Assembly: GCA_043228905.1 (NCBI GenBank)
Contig: JBHGNT010000003.1
Span: 4,960,001-5,024,000, forward strand
Direction: 5' to 3'
Length of the DNA: 64,000 nt
Origin: Azolla caroliniana
Lineage: Eukaryota; Plantae; Polypodiophyta
A program made the position numbers and the translations under genes. Positions 11,909 through 26,900 of this stretch are shown here, one piece after another. How positions within the stretch are numbered: position 1 is the first letter of the stretch; each line of letters opens with the position of its first letter. The notes below the pieces were generated by a model. That model saw only the letters and a program-made list of their open reading frames with translations. It searched no databases and had not been told where the DNA came from.

Positions 11909-14900
11909 TCACCTTCTTGACACATTACGATGGCGTTTCCATGCCCGCTCCTCTTGTAAAGGATTACTAGACTTCAACAGCTCTGACACCTCTACATTCA
12001 TATTCTGTTTTTCGTTCTTTTGCTGTTCCAGCATATCATCCAAGTTCCTGGTTTCAGCAACCGGAATAGGTTTCCTCTTTACATTTGGGATCAATTTATC
12101 CAGCTGTATACCTGCACCACCTGATTCTTTATCTATGTGTACCTCTACCTCATTACCATTGCTTGGACCTATGGGAGCATCTTCATCCTCATCTTCATAA
12201 TCAACAAGTCCAAATGCACCACTAGACAAATAAATACAGATCAGTTAAATATCACTGTAACGAAGAGTGAGTGGCCAATTAAGATTTCTTCCCACCACCT
12301 TAAAGATCGACTGTCCATAATGACAGCTTGTGCACGCTTCATTGTTGAAACAGTTCTTTGTAGAGCTGTGGAGTCATTTTCATAATCACTGTGAAACCAC
12401 TAATACATTAATTAACTCCTGGAAAAGCAAAAAATTGCCCATATAAAAATATGAATCACAAGATAGGAAAGATTTAGCATTCCATCAAACTCCAAACCTG
12501 GCTTTCTTCAAGTGGTTTTCATCTTTATCAAGATCACTTTTGTCTTTCCTTGTACATTCTTCTCGAAATCCATCTTTCCTGCCATCAGCAAAGATTACCT
12601 TGCCCTTAGCACTCACAGGTTCAGGCCATTGTTCTTTAATCGTGAGAACCTCCGTGGCCTAAAAGAATAAAGCAAATTTAAGCAGCAAAATTCACATCCT
12701 AGCATTTGTACAGTTAAAATAAACCTACTCACATTATTGTGCACCTGGTCATATTTTATTTTCATCTTTTCGAATATATCAACGTAATGAATATGCTTCA
12801 ACTTATCGTAATATTTTTCTACTATATAAACCAGCAGAGATTTTGCATCATCCTGCACAAAGTCCACTTGCAGTATGTAGATTAAACCGGCTCTAATAAA
12901 TCAACGCATGTGCTCTCTATCATATTCTGGTCCATTCAACATATAAAAATTCACTAACCATAAGGATAGTGTTAAAAAGATCCAGAACAGTCGAATCCAA
13001 AAGATTGTAACGACCACCATTTGCTAAGAAGGCTTGAACCACCACCCCAAATAGATCATTTTTCACAATATAGCGGTAGTAAAATTCATCCTACATAATA
13101 ATAAAAAGCATCATTAGGCATCATACAAACTGTTCAACCTGTTTCTAAAATTCCAAAGTTACAATAATTTATGATAAGGTACAAATGCAATTTAATGTCA
13201 CAATTAAATATTCCAGCAAGCTCTATACTAGCTTTGAGCATAGGCATTGTTTTATCATAGATTAAATATGTAAACCATCGCACAGCCTATTACGAGATGA
13301 AAGCACGATACCACTGATTTTAACATAGATTTTTCAGTGAAGGATGCATAACTATTGGTATCATAGATAAGCAGACAACAAGAATGTCTATTGTAGATAG
13401 GATGACACTTTGAGTGGCTGAACAGTTATTAGATTACAGACAATCAATCATAGAAATGACCACAACCACAGGAGATGATCAAAGTCACAATATGTTACAT
13501 GTGGATCTCCCGTACATAGGTCCGACAGGCCACTTCTATTTCAGACACATACGGATGGAGTCTATGCATACTCTCAATCTATGAAGAAAAAACAATAATT
13601 ACATGATCTTATTTAATGTAGCAATATTTTCTAGGACATAAAACTAGCAAAAGTTAGATACCATGTAATATACAAATCTGAACAAAAACACTTACTTTTC
13701 GACCAACACATATTCGTAAAAATCTTACAGCAGCAATAACAAGGTGCTTTTCTCTCCTCTTTGTCAGCTTCAAAACTTTTTCCATCACCTGATTTCTCAT
13801 CATATAGTACCTAAACAATATTCAGACATATAAAGGCCACTCTTCTAATAGTTTTCTGAATTTAACAAATGTTCATTCAGATAAATTTGAAGTCTTCTTA
13901 CTTTATCCTGAAGGTATGGTGTTGAACACAGAAGGAAAGGAGTTCACAGATGTTTCCCAACATTTCTGAATTTACTGAAACTGGTGTTTCATAATGGGTA
14001 GCATCTCCAATATGGTTCTCTTTGATGAATGATAAAGAGGATGTCAATACTCTTATTATTTGATCCATATATTTCGCATAAAATACTTCAAGAAAAGGAC
14101 TCTTTTCAGGTGGAACCTGCGTGACAATGTGGTTGAAAAATAATAAATGCATAGAGAAAAACTGTTTGGTTTATATAGTTAGATTATCATCTATCATGGA
14201 TGGAATGGAAGAATATAACAGAGATGGAAACTGTATCAATCCTATGAACTAATGCCTACCTCTTTATCTCTCCCTCTCACATTCAAGAATACATACAGTA
14301 ATTGCATCTCTTCTATCAATCAGCCTATGCATCCTGAGTTTTCTCACAGAGAGATACGTTCCATACACATGTTCACCCTACTTGTAGTACCTGCCAGTTC
14401 TGTCATAAGTCCCCTTCTTCCCAAGTTGCTTGAGCGACTAAGTCATCATGCCACTAAATATACTGCATGAAAAGAGTTATATATGCTGATTCATGTGGAG
14501 TACCACGTCAGATTGTCTACAGTATCTGAGCCATAGTATTTAGAGTTTCATATACAATTTGAGATTACAATCCAGAAATCAATGGTGATTAGAAACATAT
14601 TTCTAATGGTAGAAGTGAGTATGTCCACAGAGAGTGACATATCATTAATGGCAATGTGACTGCTAAATAATAGAAACTCTTTTCCAAGAGGGCAGAAGAG
14701 ATGGGAAGAAAACTGGCAAGTAAAACTTTCCCAATAGAGATAATCTTATAAGTGAGTTGAATGCCACCATATCTGGCCAGAATGCAGCCTTTAAAAAAAT
14801 GACAATCTTGCTCAAGAAGGATTTTGCTGGTAGTTATTCCTATGCAGTGGAGTTCTTTCCAGCATCAAACAGAACAAACTCTATTTCCTACATATACTTC

Positions 14901-17900
14901 CATAATGATATAAAAGGAGAAACAGCATGCATCTACTTTACTCACTATCTAATGAAACAGCATGCAATATATTATACCCTATCTGTTGCATCACAATCCA
15001 GAAGCATTCGTATAACTTCAAGCAGTTGCAATGGAACTCCTCCTTGACCAGGAGTTAGCATACCTGATACCTGAATTACAAAACAATGCATATCTATTAG
15101 ATAAGGTATACTTGGAAAATAAGCTCAGCATATAGTATTAGGAATCCTATTGTAGAAAAATGATATACAGACCAGAAGACTGAGAAGAGTCTGCCCTGGT
15201 TGATGCATCAAAAAATTCTGGAGTGCTGATGATTCGTAGTTGTTAAGTATGACAATCAATATCTCAGCTCTGTAAAATATATTAATTGCAAATAATGGAA
15301 TCAACGAGATGAAAGGGTTATTTTTCACATCCCATCCTCTATTTCAATTTCAAGTGAGCAGCATATTTACCCACTCAATTGGATATTTTCATCTGTGTTC
15401 ACAAGTAATTCGGTCACAACATCAAATAGTCCCTCTTCCACAAAGGAGCTGTGAAAGGATCAAGTTCAAAGAGTTAGTAGGAAAATCATATTTCCACACA
15501 AAATCTAGATAGAAGAAGACTACATATCAAACCTCAAATTTTGACTTCCTGTGCTTCTTCCAACTACATGGATTAAAAAGCCTTGAAATGCAATTGCAAG
15601 AGAAGCAGAAAATTAGAATACATATTTTACTTTTTGCAGAAAACACCTGTTAAAGTGTTTTTATGTCCACATATCTAAGGGTAACTTGATCTTCATGTGA
15701 TTTAACCAGCTCTTGCTTCAATGGATGTAATTGATCCATAAGTTTTGGTTAATCTGCGATTCAGAATAGGGCTTTTGTAGGAGACCATGAGAACTAGTAA
15801 CACGAACAACCCAGTTACAATCTCATGGACAAAAAAATTTATTGGCATTTGGTTAAAGAGTCAACATCCACTGGGGGTAATCTTAGCTAATTTGAAAGCT
15901 CCTATGGAACAGAAGAAGAATCTTAGTATCCCCAGGTAATAGCCTTTATTCACAATCCCACAATCTATACCATTTTTTCCATCCTTGAATTTGTTGATTC
16001 TTTCATACTACAGAAAGTGAAACGCAGTGAAGAAACATAATCAAACCTGAAAAGCTTGACACGAATTGGCAGCTGTAGTGTTTTACTCAAACTGCAAAAC
16101 TCCTGGAGAAAGCGAACCTAGATACATTGAAAAAAAAGTTAGCTTTTTTGAATTAACAGCAACACTATTCAATCACAAATGACCTTATAAATGAAACCGC
16201 ACCAAATCAGCTTTTTCCTTCTCAGGCATTGCTGAAGTCTTCAAGCCCTCAAACAGCTTTTTAATAAATATACTATTATCCACAAGTGCTTTCATAACCT
16301 GAAAATGGATATGGTAAAACAGCAGATATGGGAATCTGTGGAATGTTCAAACAAATAGATACAACTATAACACAGCAGGAACTTATGCTGAATTAGTGAG
16401 GTTAGATGTTGCATACTATGAGATTGTTATTAAGTATCATTGCATTGATGCTTGCGAATGTTAGATTGTCCAAAACGTTTGGTAGAATCACATCCTGTAG
16501 CAGTACAACAAAATGATGCTAAAAGTAGATCATCGTAATTCTTCATTACAGGATTCAAAAAATCAAATTATTTATCATTGCGAATGTCCTTGCAAATAAT
16601 CTAACATTCTGAACAACTGTACTCGAAATGTAACAGAAATCAAAGACTCTAAACAGCAATTTCTCTAAGGTACCTTAAGTTACTACAAGTTTGTAGAATT
16701 CATAGTCATGTCACCACACCTTTATGTAACTGAGCCTGTAGGTCTGATGTATCTTTGCTAATATGGTTGGGTTTGATATTGGTACAACCTACAATTAAAA
16801 AGAAAAGTGTTCCTATGCAACTCCAGCCAGAATACTTTGCAGAACTAGAATATGAAAAAAAATGCAAGATTACCTCCTTAAAAATGGCATGTTCTTTAAA
16901 GAAGTGCCGGTGGTTTTGCCTTATGGCCACATCAGGATCATCTGCAATGTGTTAATAACTTGTAGTCAAATATAGTGCTAAAAAACATGCCTATATGTCA
17001 AGTTTCATATTATAATGAGATTTTGCCCATAAATTAACAAGTTGAAGAGAAAACTCACATTCCAGCATTCCAATGATGTCCATAATCAGACTGTCATTAA
17101 ATATGATCTCAAATATGTAGCTGTCGTTCAGTGCAACTGCACCACAAACATCATCAAATATTCACAATGTCTTGATTTTAATGATTTACTTTGCGTGACG
17201 CAATAGGCCTATCAGGAAAGAACGATAATATCAAAAGTCTCTAGGAGGCCAAAAGGGCCTATGTGACCCAACAATGATGTCTCATCTTGTAGAACTAAGA
17301 AATGGATAAAAGCCCCCAGAGTAATTTCCTTATAATGTATCTGACAATCATTTTCCTTATGATGTATCTTGTGGCCTCAAATGAGATGAGACTTCTGTCT
17401 CTGAAGATCTTCAACGAAGGCCAGTCCAACAGATGTCTGATAGAGACATATAAAGAGAGAAAGAAAGATACAAAAAAAAACCTTTTAAATCCACGGAATA
17501 CCTTGAAGATCTATAGTATCAAATGTTGTTACACTAAATTAATAAAGTCAAATTCAGGAAGTGCACTTAGGCTCATGATAATAAAGAATGAGAGAAAGAA
17601 AGAAGGATTTTTTAATGTCTTTAAAAGATCTTAACAGTCTACAATTCCTTACGTTAGCTCTTCAATGAGAACAAAAGATATATTAAAGTCATTTAAGAGG
17701 CCAAAATGGCCTATGAGACCAAACGAGAGATTACATTTTAAAACGTTGCCTCACCTTCAAGAACAAACAAACCAAAATAAATATAAATAAATTGTTAAAT
17801 CAGTGAAATATACTAAATATTCTTGTTAGCTAAGCACTTATGTTAACCCCTCTACAAAGAAGGAAGAGTGGAATTATATTGATCCCTCTATTGAGGGTAA

Positions 17901-20900
17901 GATGAAGTATGATGACCCAAGAAGAGTGAACTCATGTTTTGTTAAATGCATCCTCACAACAATTTGAAAAACTGAAGCTGATCAATAAACCAGCTCAAAT
18001 CAAGCGAAAAACTGCAGTGGACCAAAAATCACCTCTTTTGTACAGGAAAAAGAATGATTCGTAAAATTTGAAAAGGTAAAAATGCTACAATATAAAACAG
18101 ATCATGAAATATTAACTTGCATTAGAAAGAAAGCTACATTAATGTCTTTTAAAGAGGCCAAAATGACAGAGTGAGAGAGCTTACTGATTGATTTAACTAT
18201 GTTGAATAGCATATGCAAAGACTCAATTGCACCGATATCCTCACAAGTTGTGAATAACCCGCACAGTTTAGAAAGGAAAGTTGGCTGAAACCTAGCAAAA
18301 TGGTGTTAGAATCACAAAAGATAAGAAATGTTCTCGATTGGAAAGATCAAATTAATGTATCAATATGAGTTAGATCTACTATTTAGCTAAAGAAAATCTA
18401 AATAAATCAAATATACATCAAAAACAATATCTGGTATATCAATCCTTTGTTAGCTAAAGAAAAAACTAGCTGAGGACAATTTACGCATGTTAGGAGTGTG
18501 CATAACTCATTAAGGATTTGGGCATATTACACCAAAACTGAGGACAGACATTGCAGCAAAAATTCTGGGAACATAGTTGTGCTGTGGAACACAATCACTT
18601 GTGGTCACAATACATATAAAACTTTGTGCATTGAGAATCGGATAGCCATACCACTCAGTATCTATAAGAAACAAAGGAACTACATCAAATAATATGTTTA
18701 TTCTTATAGAACAAAACCTCTAGTTTGTACTGGCAATATAAAAGACTAACACCAAATAAAGAGGAAAAGAAAGGAGAAAGATAAAATATTAGAAACACAT
18801 CCTGCACATATACATATAAACTTGTTCAATACTTTAATAGTGCTAATATAAGCCAAAAAATTAGAAAGATCACACATTATATATTTAGAGATATCTTTAC
18901 TGAAATCCTCTGTGAGGGACTCCTAAGGTATGGTTGCCTGGAATTTCATTGTTATCCCGTTTCTCATATGAGATGAAAAGCAGCAAGTAGTGGACGGGGT
19001 AGACAAGTGGGCAACCTTACATAGTCTTTATTGGTCGAAACCATCCTGGACTACATCCGAGCAAGTACATAGTCTTTATTGGGCAAAACCATCATGAACT
19101 ACATCCGAGCAAGCAAAGGACATACATGGCTGGAAGGGAAACAAGCGAGTCGCCCTGCACACAGCAATGGCAGCAACAAGTCCTACAATGACCAAATAGA
19201 TGACTGTCCTACTTGGAGCATGCAAACGGGCAGTAAAATACTAGTCAGAAGATGGTGAGAATGTGTAGCACAGGGACGTAGTTGCATTGGAGGGAAGTGT
19301 GGATACAGCTTAGGAACTGATGTCCTCCCTTTGGTTTCTCTATATGACATACATGTGGGATACATGAAATTCATGATATTGATCAGAAACCAAATGCATG
19401 TATTACTGTGAGAGATATAATTACATCTTTTGCGATCAAAGAAGCCAGATGCTCCCTCTCCAAAATTGACATGGATGTATCTGTGAGAACCTGCATAGGA
19501 AAATAACCATATGATTGCAAATAGGATATCATCAAAATGATTAACATGAAAAATGATGGTAATCCAATGATATAATTCAGATATAAAAAAAGAAAGTCGT
19601 CAGTCATTTTAAGAATCCACTAAACACTCTATCGTACACATACACTGCATTAACAGGCCATGAGATCTGGTACATTTTGGGTAAAGGTTTGGAATTTGTG
19701 GGTGAAATCAAAATTGAACTGACCCAAGTTTGTTACACAGGACCACTTCTAGGTGGGTAACAGCTGGTCAATACAACATCCTCAAAGTTATACCCCTCCC
19801 ATGGCATGTAAGCTACCAAGATGTTTCTATCCAAGCTGACTCTTCTCCGGCAGATGCTAGTCCATCTGCTAAAATCTCTCTACTTACAAGGGTTCTCCTG
19901 GTATAACCATGGAGTTTTGGTTTACACATGTATTGCTATTAGAACGTTCATGCATTCTCAATCTGGTATTTGTGGTGTTCGAACTTTTCCTATTACAGCT
20001 GCCCCCATTGATCAGCGAGTAGAAGAAACAAGAAGAATCAAGAAATTTTTTTATCTTTCCCTTTTGTTTGCAGGGGTAAAACACGGGTTATTAATCTATC
20101 CCTTCAAATAAGCAACCTGAACATTCGAATGGAAAAAGCCTGAAAAGGTTAAAACCCCCAAGAATTCCCTTATCTATTCAATAGAGTCCTTACCCAATCG
20201 CGGCGTTAGTTAGTATTAATTACTCTTCAAATTGGTCTAGAATATCAAGTTTGTGGCCACTATTATATGGTACGAGCGGTTAAGAGGGAACTTCCATGTA
20301 CACTTCTGAGATATGGTCAATTGTACAGCAACTTTCTTATTGGTAGCCTCACCAACGGAAAGTAGGAATTGGATGCTATATCCCAATGATGGAAGATCAT
20401 CCAGCTCCTACTAACAGAGTTCCTTCAGATGGTAGTAATCCTCGCCCTACACTTGCTAAATAGTTTTGAGGTACTAAACGAATTTTGCCCAGAAGGTAGT
20501 CTCAGTGTACCCAATCTCCCTTCCTTGGCTACTACCTTTGCTGCTACACCAGCGGCTCTGACCAATTGTTCACCTTTTTGCAGCAGAGTTACAGTAGCAA
20601 AACACCATTGTTCTTTTTGAGTAGAGATTTCTCTTCCTCCTCGCAAAAACAGTGGAGGGGGTTGCTTGTGTTGTACCTTCTAAGCAATGATGCACATTAA
20701 TCAGACTGGCCTACAGGAGGAAGAGTCAATGGGTATCACCAAACTTATGAGGACTGGTATGACCACAGCAGGTGATTCAGTTTTCAATATCCAGGGATCA
20801 CTTCCAGCCAGGACAATATCTGCTATACCATCTGCCAAGGACCAAATGATCCCCAAGGGACCTGCATATCCCAGTCCAATATGCTGCTGCATCCCTGCAG

Positions 20901-23900
20901 ACACTCTTCATTTGAGCCGTACTATGACTAAAACCCCTACTGTAACTCCCATGGCCAACAAAATGAACTTTATAAAACTAGGATTTCTATTGAAGGTAGA
21001 GTTTATGGCTTCTTCAGAAGACATGATAGGTTTCTTGAATTAGAATTTTTAGTACCTGATTTGCGATTACTATTTCTGAGTTTTAAGTTTCAAAAACGGC
21101 ATCTGCGTATGCTTGATACTAAATTCATGCATAGGGGCATCTGATTTTATTATCTTTACGAAATTGACAGTTATAGTTTCCTTTTTGAACAGCAATATAA
21201 GAAATATAAAGAAGGATACTGGAGAATTAATGTTGTTTATTTTTTGGTGGTTGTGTTTCGTTTGCCATGTAAGGGAGAGAGATCTATTTGAATATTCTAC
21301 AATCCTTCAGGTGACTGAATAAGCAGTCTCAGTTACTAATTCACACTATCATTTGCCAAATATCAAACTATTAAATAACTATTTTGCGAAAAGAAATAAA
21401 TACTTTTTCCTGTGATTTTTGAGTTATTTTCCAGCGACAAGAATTCCGTGATTGTTTTCATTTCATCGAAAGTAGAAGCATACATAAAGAAGCAACGATC
21501 AGCAGAAATTCTCCTTCCCACAAAAATAACCAGCAAACCAATTATTCCTCAATTATTTAATCCTAGTCTTCCATTCTGCCATTAAATGTGGGGTACTAAT
21601 TATTATTCTTATGTTACAGAATTTATACCTTCAGAATTTTCTGCAAAGATGAAATACTGACTGTAGGCAACTCAAAAAGTTCATTTTGTAGACCATCTGG
21701 AAAAACAAGAATGAATAATATAACCAAAGAAATTATATTAATATATAATTTCCCATCAGATCCTTGCATCCCAAAAGTGCAGATATTAACCATTGCCATG
21801 TTGGAATAATCTTTTCTAATAATTGATTTCTTGCCTTAGGACTCACATCCAAAGCTATGATAAAAAATGCAAATGAGTCAAGATAAGACACAAAATAGTT
21901 ATTAATATTGAGTAGTTGCAGTTTTTTTCTTCATATTCTATTACCTTGTGTAATGGATCAAAATCTTGTCCGAAAAGGTAGTGGTACCTCTCTCTGATTT
22001 CATGAAAAAGCCATAGAATGACATAGTATTCATCTGATCACTCTGGCCCCCCACCCAAAAAATGGCATAAATACAATATCTATTCTTTCATAGATTAGCG
22101 TGGGTATCCACCTATCTCAATCACTGACTGATATGAAAGGTCCAAAGCTACCCTATCACACTATGGAGTCCATGAGATAGATGTGTATCCACATAAGTGA
22201 TAAATCCATCCTCTAATGTGTGTAAAAGAGGGCCTTATAATGTGCCATTTTCCCATTAAGAGACATTGCGGAGCTGATCCATGCTCATTCCTTACCAAGT
22301 TTAATGATATCAGTTCAGATCACTCTATTCTTTCCACTTTGTTCATGTTCAAATGTGGATACTCCAAGCTATATTGGCACAGTATATAGCATTTATATTT
22401 ATGCCATGTGATTGAAACTATTCTTAAATTTCTACAAAGTACCACTCTTGATTATATAGTTTTGGGATCTTTCATATCCATTAGATACAGGTCATTGATT
22501 AGAATATTGCCTCAATCACTATTAGAACTCCTCCCATCTCCACTCAGATTATATCATGAGGCACTGAATCCTTGCTCCTTCTCGTGCAGCCTATTACTAA
22601 GAGCAAAGGCCTCATCAAATTTGCTCAATTATGTCCCATAGGAGGGCTCAGCCCCTATCTACTCTGTATTGAAGGGCCAATGTTACAAGTGTAAACAAAC
22701 AATCACAGTTTAATTTGTCACTTTTGGCACTGTATATACGTGCATTGTCTTACAAGATATCTACAAGAAAGTCAAGAACAAGCAGTTTCCCATAGGGAGC
22801 AATAAGGTCATGTGAATGTTACTCCTCGGTATGTGTAGGATTGTGTGTATGAAACCTTTCCCTCTCCCGAGAAGAATTCAAATGTTTACCTTGTTACCCA
22901 TGCTTGATTGTCATTAAACACTATCACTACAGTTTTACCAAGGTTTATCAACAAATCTTTGCCAATACAAAATGACTTTAAATCATTTCAATGTCTTTAC
23001 AGTCACTATAGAGAATCAGAGATCAACACAATGTCATTAGCATACAGTAATATTGGATTGACTATCACCGCCAAGCATGCCACTAAACCACTCAATCTCC
23101 ATACAATTATATACTTCATCTGTATACAAACCAAAGAGTGGCTCATTGCAGGCATCCTTGTTTTGCTCCAATTGTGCTAGCCACAACCTTCAACAATCCA
23201 TTCACATTTCTTGGCCTTGATTCATATGGGACATAAACTCCCCATTGCATATCTATGGAACTTCAAGGGCTTCTCGTCATTACATGAACCAAGCATGCCC
23301 TCCACAGGCAAAGGCTTTTGGGAGATTCACAAAGCAACAATAGATTATAATGGTCTTGGCCTTCATCAAAAAGGACTCAAAGGCTAAATATGTGATCCAA
23401 TGTGGTAACCCCCTTTCGGAAACCGGCCCATCAGGCTGAACAGCAGCTATTTTTCTGCCCATACAATCGAATGCTGACTATAAGATTGAGCCACATAGTT
23501 TGGCCAAGTATTCGCCAATGATTGTCCTAACATTTATAGGTATCATGGAATCTCCCCTCTTCAGTTTGGTACAATGGTATGTTCTGTCCAGCAAGGAGAG
23601 AAACCTTCACACGTAACTCTAATAAAGATGTGTAAGAAGCACAGTCAAGGTTTCACAAGCATAGATAAAGTGAAATTACATGGACGTGAGCCATGTGCAT
23701 GGGCAAGGGAGCTGCTCAGGAATGTCATAAGAGTGCTTTGCATATTTATGTCAAGATTGAGGTGAAGTTAGTTGTGTGCTAGGTTACTTCTCGCTAACCA
23801 TTTTCCATGCTCATTTACTAGCTTGTCCTAGTAATATGTACAACTTCCCTTCAAATTTACCTCAATATGATGTCTTCTCCTTCCTCATAGAGTGTTAGCA

Positions 23901-26900
23901 TATTGTTCTTACTTGTCTATGTGTACTAATCCTTAAAATCACTTCTCCTTGCAAGATTTTACTTGTATGATGACATTCTTCATCATACCAACAATCTAGT
24001 GTAGCTCTAGCATGTATGCATGCATTGCCAACTGTGGGGAAGGCAGTAGCAGTTGCAAAATGCAATGACTTTGACAACCCTTGTGACTTCCGCTAGGGAT
24101 GTCAAAGGACCCAAATTAAGCACGCCATCAGATAAGCCACAAGTGCATACATTAATGCCTCCTGCGTAAATTGGTATTTGGCATGCCTAGTCCCACTCTT
24201 ACCATATACATCCTTTTGGTGTCTATCCTTCACTATAGTGCATAGTTATGCATGATTCGCTGCCAAGCATGTAGATCTAGAGAGAGAGAACTCTCTTGTC
24301 TTGGGTAGAATGGATGGACATCCCATCAAGTAATCAATCATGTTGCATTCACCTTGGGGTTTGAACTTGTCCAAGCATCAGATCTTGGATATTGTAACAA
24401 ACCATTGCATAAACTAATACATATAACAAATTACAATCCCATCGTGCCATGCATAAGATTTCATAAGCCTTAAACCATCACGCACAAATTGGGGACATAT
24501 GTAGATAGGAATCGGCAACGGTTTGGTTTTGGCTTAACTAGTTTGGCATTGTCCAAACCAAACTGGTTAAGCCTTAATTGGTATGGGAATTTTCAAACTT
24601 GAACCAAAACGGCTCCTAAACCGGTTTAACCAAATCGATTATCCTTAACCAGTTTGGGAACCAGTTTAGCCCAAAACGGTTCAGTTTGGCTTGAGCCATC
24701 CCAAACCGAGTGCAAACCGGTTAAGGAAACTCAAGCCTGAACCGAACTGCTAAACTGTTTAAAAACAGTTTAATGGCTCGGTTCAGGCTTGAGCTGAGCT
24801 GTTGCTGATTACTATATGTTGATGTAAAAAATCTTAATTTAAAGATAGATAATTTTTACTCAACAATGTAGGTCTTCTTTTGGGGAGCTATTCCTAACAA
24901 TATAACTCTACACTTACAGATACATCAAAATGTTCACTTTTCCCACATAGCATCTGTTTTTTGGTCTTTCCCAATGCAATGCAATATTTTGTGCAATCTT
25001 TGACCATGGATAGGGGCATTGAATATTCCAATTGCTTTGGCTAAACCTAAGGCTTTAATCATCCTCTTCATTTTTATGGAAAAAAAGAAAGCTTTTGTAT
25101 CCCAAAAATGACACTCATAGACAACAATATATCTAGATGAAGATCTCTCATCAATTCAAGTAGCACATCACAAAGAAATCATGCTTCTAGTGCCTTGATG
25201 CAAGAATCGAAGGAATTTGGGTTTTTTATTGAGATGGCAGAGCTATTATTAATGCACATGTTTCTTAGAACCTACCAACTTGTGTGTTGGCAAACTAAAG
25301 CATGTGCTATTTATAAATGAGTCTCACCTCCAGCTGAGGGCAAATGGATGGACCTGCGGACATCACAAATTTGATCCCTGAAATTAAGATATATGTAAGG
25401 GTATTCTCAGTACAATATTGGTTGTAGAACATCTAGAATCCCCAGACCGTTATGTTTCTTGCAAGCTTTTGACACCAAACATACCTTATTATGCGCATAC
25501 AATTATATATACAATATATTTTACAAAGAAACAAATAGAAGGATATACCAAATAAAAGAGCAGCATGAATTCTCCTGGAAACTCAAAGCCAGATCTGTTA
25601 AAGCTTCAGGATCCCTCCAAGATATGATTGTATCTGCAGTAACAATTTTGATAACCAATATAAAATACTCAAAGCAACACTCAAATATGTCAAGTTTTCC
25701 AGCATCCCATATAAAATGTCTTTAGAACTTACAGGAGATAAACATGTGAATTCAACAAGCAGATATTACCATACTGGCATATAAATAAGCAGTTAAAAGG
25801 ACTTAAGCATGAGGCTCATCAATCATAATTGTTAATACCACAAAGTAATGTGAAAATAACAAATATGACATCAATACCGATTTTGAAAGAATTTAGGAAA
25901 GTTCAACGCATTAGTCCTATATAAACTTAGAATGAATTATCCCTTCAACTATCATACCAAAAGTGCATAAACACATTCAAAATCCACATGAACGGATAAG
26001 CATTATTTAGATAGCTAAAAAACGGCATAACCTTCATCACACCAAATAAGATTTTGAAATAATAAATATGAAGCATACAGAGAAACCCCCCAAAACAAGA
26101 GATTGGAAAAGGAACAAAAAATAAAGATTATGATGGAACTGCGTCTTTTTCAAGTTTAGCATTAGATCCCACCTTTTCTCCAATAAGACAATTCCGAATA
26201 CTTTCAAAATATTTTTACATGGTTTTTCTGCTTTCATAATCTCCAAATAATATTGTGAAATTGGGCACCAGATTTTTATAACAAATCAAGCATACAAAGG
26301 CTAGGATAAGCAATCCATTTCCACTTTCGTTTGCTAATAAAAAGCAGCTGGTTAGCAAGCTATCTATCCTTATTATGTATGGAGTGTTAAATGGCACCCC
26401 TAATCAATCTTCACTGCCACCAGCCATACCATCTGTCTTACGATAAATATCTTCTTTTGAAATTTTATGCACCAACAATTTTGAGTTGTCCTCTTCATCA
26501 ATAACGACAAGGCCCACTGCCTCTGAAATCTGTATGTACCAACAAAAGGTAGAAAGTAAATAAAACATGACCACTAATATTCTGTATGTGAAAATAATTT
26601 ACCTCTAAATATTCAATCGAGACATGACCAGTGCCTTTATCAACCCAATTTCCTTCACCATTTAGCTTGTAAACCTTAGCACGCTACAAAATATATGAAT
26701 TATGTCAATAGAACATACATCTACTTATTTGACATCATTTCACGTTTATGCTTCTTAGTCAAAAACACCTACATATAAACTAAGAGAAAGACAATCTCGT
26801 AAATGAAAGCAAATAAATCATAATAACGTGATCCATAAGGATTACAATCGATAAATATTGTCCCATCAGGGAGAAGAACAAATTAGAAGAAACATTGAAG

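Noticed and set aside
20687-21043. 118-aa plus-strand ORF
   Set aside because: Antisense shadow of the ndhA fragment.
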